A stretch of DNA of 63,188 nucleotides, the filler included, from Stramenopiles sp. TOSAG23-2 (taxonomy: Eukaryota), in the NCBI GenBank assembly GCA_900128395.1. It is 14 parts of 14 records of this genome, joined end to end, with 100 filler letters (N's around TTAATTAATTAA, not from the genome) between each part and the next. Parts side by side here need not be neighbours in the genome. Positions count along the whole stretch, not along the records: positions 55,631 to 60,573 come from LT650773.1; positions 60,674 to 61,881 come from LT653465.1; positions 61,982 to 63,188 come from LT653466.1; 11 more parts are not named here. The stretch is one strand, 5' to 3'. Below, in pieces: positions 56,280 through 63,188 of the stretch. Both the position numbers and the translations under genes were made by a program. Every line of letters starts with the position of its first letter. The first letter of the stretch is position 1. The notes below the pieces were generated by a model that searched no databases, was not told the origin of the DNA, and saw only the letters and a program-made list of their open reading frames with translations.

Positions 56280-57251
56280 ATGTCATCGACTGAAAAAAGA
56301 TCACGTAAGAGTGGTGACAAAAAGAAAAGTGCTCGGAATGGTAGCAATAGTAATAAAAGCCCAAAGTTATATGGACGAAGGGTATTAGGGCAAGATGCAA
56401 CTAATTATGTTATGAAAGCAAAACAACAACATTTTGAAGATAGTCAGAAAGTAAAAAAAGGAACTAAACGTATGAGAAATGGTAAGAAAATTGAAGATCA
56501 TTTAGTTGACGATAGTGAAAATTCTATTGATAATAATGCGAAATTAGGTGATGGAACTGAAGAGGAAGAAGCTGACACATGTTGTATATGCCTTGATACT
56601 ATTACAGTTCGCGGGAAATTAGATTCTTGCGATCATCGATATTGTTTTGATTGTATCAAACGCTGGGCGAAAGAAACGAATCAATGCCCACAATGTAAAA
56701 AACGTTTTACTTCACTGGAAAAAATTGTTGAAGGAAGTGACAATAATAAATCCTCCCCTTCAAGTAGCCCCAGAGGTAAAAAGCGCAGGAGAAAAGGCAA
56801 ATCGAACAATGTTGTTAAAATAAAAAAGAAAGATATCCAAGTAAACCATGGCCAAGTACATATACAAGGTTTATTACAACGTATTTTTAATCATTTTCAA
56901 ATGGGGGAAATAGGAGGCAACGGCCAAAGACGTGTTGCTATACGTTTACGGCGTCAGATGCCACGAACATCTTCTGATAATCCAATTGATTTAGTAGATG
57001 ACGACGGGGATGATGATGATAATAGCGAAGATGGTTACATTCGTCGTGAAGTCGAGGAAGATACACGATTAGGTACGTCTCGAATCTCACGTGTTTTGGA
57101 CATACGATCTTTAATGCAAAGAATGGAAGATCGTGGTATCATAACTTCGACATTTCTTCGTAATACATTGGCTCCAAGAGCAATTGATGATGGGCGTGGG
57201 GTTAGTACAGAAACAGCTATTTCATTGCTTGATTCAGATGATGAGGATTAA
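56280..57251 (+). CDS. RING-finger (C3HC4) E3 ligase with SIM-like motifs
   Basis: CCICLD...CDHRYCFDCIKRW...CPQCK; basic NLS-like tracts; PIDLVDDD and AISLLDSDDED. Confidence 0.9.
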   Translation: MSSTEKRSRKSGDKKKSARNGSNSNKSPKLYGRRVLGQDATNYVMKAKQQHFEDSQKVKKGTKRMRNGKKIEDHLVDDSENSIDNNAKLGDGTEEEEADTCCICLDTITVRGKLDSCDHRYCFDCIKRWAKETNQCPQCKKRFTSLEKIVEGSDNNKSSPSSSPRGKKRRRKGKSNNVVKIKKKDIQVNHGQVHIQGLLQRIFNHFQMGEIGGNGQRRVAIRLRRQMPRTSSDNPIDLVDDDGDDDDNSEDGYIRREVEEDTRLGTSRISRVLDIRSLMQRMEDRGIITSTFLRNTLAPRAIDDGRGVSTETAISLLDSDDED

Positions 57252-57953
57252 TTGAACATAATGAAATTATTGTAAATAATCGATGCAATGATCGATACCT
57301 AAAGAAATATGCATAGATCTCATTTTCATTAAGCATATATGTACATGTAATATATATATATATATTATTATATATCGATACATTCAAAAAAAAAGAAAAC
57401 GAAACAAATCATATCATATATGATACTTCGTATGATACATGGTATGTTTCTAAAGTGTGATGAGATATGTTAAAGTGTATATATATAATATACTTCGTAT
57501 ATATGTCATATTCACGAGAAAACAATTGTAAGATACGGATAATATATACTCGTATGAGAGACAAGATATAATACGAAATGTACGTGACGAGAGAGCGAGG
57601 AGAAGATATATGTAAAAATGGAATATATATATATATCATTATGATACTTTCTCTTCGTATCATAAAACATACGAGTATTCGAAATACGAATTTAACTTTT
57701 TATCAATTATAATATACCGGAGAATAGAGAGTCAGGAATTATATCATGACTTAAAAATTAAAAAAATATAAAGTTAAATGCATTAAATTATATATACCTT
57801 ATTCGTACTCGTATATACTCGTATATATATATTCTCAGTGCAGTATGCATATGATACCTCTAAAATGATATGTCTATAGATATCGTATAATTAATAATAT
57901 ACAGTACGAGTACATTATCGTAGTTGCCATACGAGCGCTTCATAAGTGGTTTT

Positions 57954-59645
57954 TTACAAAAGCTTACCAAATTTCGATTTTTCAATTTTAGTAATCAGTT
58001 TCAAGCTTGATGATTTTAACGATTCATAATTCTTGCGAGATACGATTTCTTTAATATAATTTGTAATGAATTCTTTATTCTCATCATTGCAAAACATCAT
58101 ATTCATATCGAAATTGCTGCAAGTGCTAAGACCAACAACAATCTCCAATACACGTTTCTTGCTAATGTCTAAATGTTCCTTGCATAATGTAAAAATTTCA
58201 ATGAATATGTCTGCTTCAATTTCACCTTTAAATACACGTTTAATCGACGTTTTTTCTATGGAAGTTAAATATAAACTTTTTCCTTCCTTATCGTCATTTA
58301 AAGACTTCCATATATTCATGAAATCAAACATTGTATTTGGAGCAATTCCAGATGTTGATAATGCAATTTCACGTGCTCTTTCTCGTACAACAGCTTGTGC
58401 TTTATTAACAACTTCACTAGTAGTTTCATTGTGATTCATAGTAACATCACTAGAACCGTCATCACTTTTACTAGTTTTAGTATCAGTTGCTTTTATGTTT
58501 GTTTCTGCTATTACAGCATTGTTCTTATTATTGGCCTTCGTCTTTGTTACATTCTCGCTGCTTTTGTTTCTCTCAGCGGATGGACCAGATGTTACCCATG
58601 GTATCGACTTGCCACCACTTTCAGTAACAGTTGCTAATTTTTTTGGTGCTTTTTTAATTGAAATTTTAATTGCCTCTCTTGTTTTACGTATTTCGTTGAT
58701 TGCTTGTTTATTTCTTGGCTCGTATAATAAAACAGATTCAAAATCACGCAATGCAGCACGGTGGCGACCTAATTTATTACGCGCCGTACCACGTCGATTC
58801 CATGATTTAACATGTTCCGGGTTCAATCTCAATGCACTGGAACAATCCTCTTCAGCACTTGCGAAATTTTTAGCCTTAATATATGCCATAGCACGATTTG
58901 AATATGCTACATAATTTTCAGGATTTAACCCAATACATCTAGTATAACATTTGATTGCACCATTGAAATCACCTTTTTTATACAATTTATTGCCATCCAA
59001 TCGTTCGATTTCTTCCCGCGTTACTTGAGGTTGTTGTTTTTGTGGAGGACGCCGCGCTGGCTTTTTCGTCTTTCCTGCTGCTGCTTTCTTAGTAGCAGCC
59101 TCTTTTGCCTTTCGTGCACGATGTGCTGCAGCTGGAGATTCATATTTTGTAGTTCTTGTTATTGGTGTTGCAGGTTGCTTTTCTTCTGTTGCGTCATTTT
59201 CATCAAAAATATTGTCATCAACCTCATCCTTCTCATTCGTGTTACTGGAATTATCATTATCGACTTCTTTTAATGCAGAATCAACATCAAAATTTTCCCA
59301 TTTTTTATAACCTTTATCATAAACATGTGCAGATGGAACTTTTTTTTTCGTGTTTTTCTTTTTATTATTATTATTACTACTATTATTATTATTATCTTTC
59401 AACCATGGATGTGGCTGAACTGCACCACCACCACCAGTACTGCCAGCATAGACCTTTCTTCCTGATCCACGCACTGCTGGAATCCTTTTCTTCCCCTTCA
59501 CCTTTTCTCGAATAGCCAAATCTTTCTTTTTAACAGTTTGTTCCCATTCCGCTAAGTCACGTAATGAATCTTGCAACCTAGAAGCGTTGCGTCGTATATC
59601 ATTTTGCACTTTAATAAAATCAGTTGGTAATTTTTTTCGTGACAT
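57954..59645 (-). CDS. RPAP3: RNA polymerase II-associated protein 3 (R2TP co-chaperone)
   Basis: N-terminal IRRNASRLQDSLRDLAEWE, YKKWENFDVD, three carboxylate-clamp TPRs (GNKLYK, YSNRAMAY) and a C-terminal domain (APNTMFDF...FDMNMMF). Confidence 0.85.
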   Translation of the reverse strand: MSRKKLPTDFIKVQNDIRRNASRLQDSLRDLAEWEQTVKKKDLAIREKVKGKKRIPAVRGSGRKVYAGSTGGGGAVQPHPWLKDNNNNSSNNNNKKKNTKKKVPSAHVYDKGYKKWENFDVDSALKEVDNDNSSNTNEKDEVDDNIFDENDATEEKQPATPITRTTKYESPAAAHRARKAKEAATKKAAAGKTKKPARRPPQKQQPQVTREEIERLDGNKLYKKGDFNGAIKCYTRCIGLNPENYVAYSNRAMAYIKAKNFASAEEDCSSALRLNPEHVKSWNRRGTARNKLGRHRAALRDFESVLLYEPRNKQAINEIRKTREAIKISIKKAPKKLATVTESGGKSIPWVTSGPSAERNKSSENVTKTKANNKNNAVIAETNIKATDTKTSKSDDGSSDVTMNHNETTSEVVNKAQAVVRERAREIALSTSGIAPNTMFDFMNIWKSLNDDKEGKSLYLTSIEKTSIKRVFKGEIEADIFIEIFTLCKEHLDISKKRVLEIVVGLSTCSNFDMNMMFCNDENKEFITNYIKEIVSRKNYESLKSSSLKLITKIEKSKFGKLL

Positions 59646-60436
59646 TTTTATAGATTAATTTAAACAACTTTGATTTGTTCAAAAATGATGAATGAATAAT
59701 TTTGAACAAAGATAATGTATTTTGAATTTTTGAGATTACTATGTATATATGATAAACACATATCCTCTTTTTTTGTTTTTCCTTTTCATAATATTTTTTG
59801 ATTTATATATAGATATATATATATTATTTTGAAATCAATAATAGAATCAAAGGCTTTTACCAGTAGTAGTAGTATATAATAGGAGTACAAGTATAGTAGC
59901 ACAGTAGCTAGCCTTAGCTAGCTAATTTTTAAATTAGTATTATACGTTTGCTGGAAATCTCAGCTGGGAGGAAGACCTGGAACTGGAATGGAAGTCCAGA
60001 AGACTCTGTGACTCTGTGCTTGTTGGCTTGCAGGTATTCTGGTATTATATTACTATAGACTAGCTAGTATAGTCGTCTATATGTATTAGACTAATATGAT
60101 TGTAGCATTATATCGATACTGTAGCTGTAGATCACCTTACGTGAGAGCTAATAACTTTTTTTGTTTATTGCCGAGATTGGCGATGTCGCGCGATGGTCGA
60201 TGATTTCCATTTCCGATTTCAATAGTGTGTAGTTTTAAATTACATCAAATACTACTGGCAAAATCCTCTAAAATATGATTATACCAGGAGTAACCCACTA
60301 AACGTAAACCACACAATTTACACACGAAGAGATAGAGATAGATAAATAGATACAAGAGTGAATAGATCAAAACAAATTGAGATTAATTACGCATATATAA
60401 CGAGTAAAATTACATATATATATTAACCAACGAAAC

Positions 60437-60573
60437 ATGGCATCTGTATCAAATGATAATGCAACGGACAATTCATCCGCGCCACCTGCAAAAAGACAAA
60501 AAAGAAATCCAGGTGCACCAATTCCAGTCACCATTTTAACTGGTTTTCTCGGTGCTGGGAAAACTACGCTTTT
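60437..60573 (+). CDS. COG0523/CobW (ZNG1-like) GTPase, 5' fragment
   Basis: IPVTILTGFLGAGKTTL Walker A signature. Confidence 0.88.
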
Positions 60574-60673
60574 NNNNNNNNNNNNNNNNNNNNNNNNNNN
60601 NNNNNNNNNNNNNNNNNTTAATTAATTAANNNNNNNNNNNNNNNNNNNNNNNNNNNNNNNNNNNNNNNNNNNN

Positions 60674-60975
60674 CCTTTTAACGTGCCACGAAATTTACCA
60701 TGGTGTAATTTCCAATTCATTAAACGAATCAATTCATCGCGTGTCATAAATCCACGTTCATTCACTTCACGAGGCATATCATTATTTATCCACTTGTCTT
60801 CTTTTATAAATTCAGCATTACCACCTTGTTTTTTCTTGCTTTTTATCAAAACTGCTTCATCATATTTTTTTAAAAATGTTTGTAAAATAGTTTTTTTTCT
60901 AGTTAAACTAAAGTGTCTGCTAGATAAACATTCATATACTTGTTTTGCATGTTTCGTTCCTGGTCGTGGTGCCAT
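60674..60975 (-). CDS. Conserved uncharacterised protein (possibly HhH-GPD-like), 3'-partial
   Basis: MTRDELIRLMNWKLHHGKFRGTL resembles the motif ELxxLMxWKLxRGKFRPxL of a widespread eukaryotic family (recalled, not searched). Confidence 0.55.
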
Positions 60976-61175
60976 GTTTGTACTCTTTGATTCGTCTTTA
61001 TGTAATGTGTTGATTTTTTCATCTTGTTGTATTTGTTCTATTTAGTCTTTATATATTTGTAAATTCATTTTTATTCTCAATTTAAATTATTCTTCATGGC
61101 ACACAAAATCGAACACAAATTCAAATTTGATGAATTCAATCAAAACAAGAAGTAGATAAATAATAAAATAGAAAA

Positions 61176-61805
61176 ATGAAAATACGAAAAATACAAAAAA
61201 TTTATACATTGAAATTTTCAACAATCATGATAATGAATGTAATCCATGAACTAATCATCGTCTTGATAGTTCTGTATTATGCAAATGCACAATCTATCTG
61301 TAATGAAAAATGTGAAATGCCATTGACTAATATTATTGTCCAACCTTCATCAACTGGAAAAATATCACCCATTCAACAACAAACATCTTCAGAAAGAATG
61401 GATACACTAAGTAGAAATATCGTATCAGATTCAAGTAGTGATTTGAAAAAGGAACACCAATCATCTCCATTAAATATTGTACTAATTCTAGTTGATGATC
61501 TTGGATGGAATGATCTTGGAAGTTATAATAACCCCGATCCAAAAAAATATTTTTCCCCATTAACACCAAATATTGACGCCATTATTAAAAATGAGAAAGG
61601 AATCAAATTAAAACAAATGCATGTATGGCCCGTGTGTAGTCCTACTCGTGCTGCTTTGCTTACGGGGCGTTATCCGGTAAGAATGGGAGCAAATTCTTTC
61701 GTTGCTAATGCTGCATATAAATTTTGGATACCAGCTAATGAAACATTAATATCTAACGTTTTGAAAAGTCATTTTAATTATAAAACACATGCAGTTGGCA
61801 AATGG
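61176..61805 (+). CDS. Arylsulfatase (formylglycine-dependent, S1), first exon
   Basis: NIVLILVDDLGWND, CSPTRAALLTGRY and THAVGKW, followed by a GTACGT donor at 61806 and CTAAC near 61852. Confidence 0.92.
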
Positions 61806-61981
61806 GTACGTAAATTCTATTCCCCTTAATGTATAATAAAGGATATCCTCTCTAACAACACATCACTCATTCATAAGATATNNNNNNNNNNNNNNNNNNN
61901 NNNNNNNNNNNNNNNNNNNNNNNNNTTAATTAATTAANNNNNNNNNNNNNNNNNNNNNNNNNNNNNNNNNNNNNNNNNNNN

Positions 61982-62159
61982 TTATATCAATTTGTGTAAA
62001 TAATTCTTCTAAACCATAAATATTATCCTTTAATTTTTTCTTTGCATCGAGTGTTTTATCATCAAAAATTGCATCACTTTCACCTTTTATGGATACACCC
62101 AAATATTTTTTAAATGCGCGAAATTTAGAATTGGATGCACTATATTTTTTATTTTCCAT
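61982..62159 (-). CDS. 5' fragment of a hypothetical protein
   Basis: ATG ORF running into the linker. Confidence 0.5.
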
Positions 62160-62275
62160 GTTGGTTTGGGGATGTAGAGATGGTATAGATGAAAAAAATA
62201 AAATTGTCTTTACGATGCAATCAAATATTAATATATATATATATATGTCGTCTATTAGATATTAGATATATACTG

Positions 62276-62506
62276 TCCTGATATAATTTTTAGTGTGCCG
62301 GTCAGTCACCGATTTTCGGTACAAATTTTATAGTATACTTAAACACTATATTAACTATCAAATACACATTAATCCAAAACTCAACCACTCGAAAACCTGA
62401 AAACCGATTAATTTGTGTATTTGATAGCTAATATAGTTTTTAAGTATATTAAACAATTTGTACCGAAAATCGGTGACTGGCCGGCACATTAAAAATTATA
62501 TCAGGA
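62276..62506. mobile_element. Foldback/MITE-like long inverted repeat
   Basis: Arms 62276-62374 and 62406-62506 are reverse complements with about seven substitutions and a 2-nt indel; 31-nt spacer. Confidence 0.65.
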
Positions 62507-62967
62507 TATATTAACTTTTAACTTATATATATATATTTTTCATAGTAGGTGCGTAGTATTAATATAGTAGACTTATTCATTATCCCTAGGAAAAGTTGAC
62601 GGATTAATCCTAAATAGGTCTGCGTCGTGCGTCGTCAGACTCTTTCTCGACAAATAACAAACACTTGATTATACTTTGATTTATATACCCATGTAACCTA
62701 TTTAGGATTATAAATAGAGACTAGCACTTGATGGTTAGCAATTAACTATCCGAATTAAAGATCTTAAAAGTGCACAGTTACGGGAGAAGTAAAATTGTTA
62801 CGAATATAACTTTAGATTTTAACCATCATATTAATTACACGTACATAAATTACATATAAAATTTACACAATTTCCCTGCCGTACCGTGTTGAATACTCAC
62901 ACGTTTTGTTCTTCTAGAGATGCATGCCAGGACGCAGAAACGCAGAACATTGTATTTTTATTTTATT

Positions 62968-63188
62968 TTACCCTGTGTTGTTGTTCGTACCTTGTTTTTT
63001 TTTCAATTTATTCATACGTATACGATGTAATTCTTCATATTGTCTCATAAACGTTGCACATGCCATTCGTTGATCGGGTGTAAAATATTTTGGATTATAT
63101 AAAACTTTCATACCAGCAGGATTATGAGAATAGGATTTCACAAAACTTTTTTTGAACAACAATGGTTTTACATCTTTAATTGGAGTAT
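62968..63188 (-). CDS. 3' end of a hypothetical protein
   Basis: Frame open to the window end: TPIKDVKPLLFKKSFVKSYSHNPAGMKVLYNPKYF... Confidence 0.55.
   Translation of the reverse strand, partial: TPIKDVKPLLFKKSFVKSYSHNPAGMKVLYNPKYFTPDQRMACATFMRQYEELHRIRMNKLKKKQGTNNNTG

Noticed and set aside
62968-63188. Fanzor/TnpB C-terminus with downstream structured RNA
   Set aside because: No RuvC or zinc-finger motifs in the visible peptide.

Overview
This is not one locus. It is 14 unrelated contigs (twelve of about 4.95 kb, two of about 1.2 kb, in descending length order) joined by artificial 100-nt N/TTAATTAATTAA/N linkers. They come from an AT-rich, gene-dense, intron-poor eukaryote: there is a GT-AG intron with an ACTAAC branch point and cilia-type genes, so a flagellated protist, possibly a stramenopile single-cell assembly (inference). 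Recognisable genes are RPAP3, argC, a cathepsin L-like protease, an arylsulfatase, a CobW/ZNG1 GTPase, a GPR107/TMEM87-like 7TM protein, a kinase, a RING ligase, a GNAT and four paralogues of one ankyrin family. The most striking element is a short non-autonomous Ty1/Copia LTR retroelement (40826-42820, minus strand). It has 508-bp LTRs, a half-tRNA-iMet-type PBS, a PPT and an RNase H remnant, but its termini are AAA...TTT instead of TG...CA and its target duplication is 4 bp (GCCC). Its reconstructed empty site matches 15/15 a GC-rich motif upstream of a gene on another contig. Other highlights are a choline-transporter-like protein fused to a transglutaminase-like domain with an intact triad, a signal-peptide-bearing TPR-GT41 protein with a second GT-like domain, a secreted Lys-rich RRRRLL-motif precursor, a Cys-laddered beta-solenoid surface protein and two foldback/MITE-like elements. 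Many short exact tandem duplications look like assembly artefacts. All family calls rest on motif recognition by eye; no searches were run.
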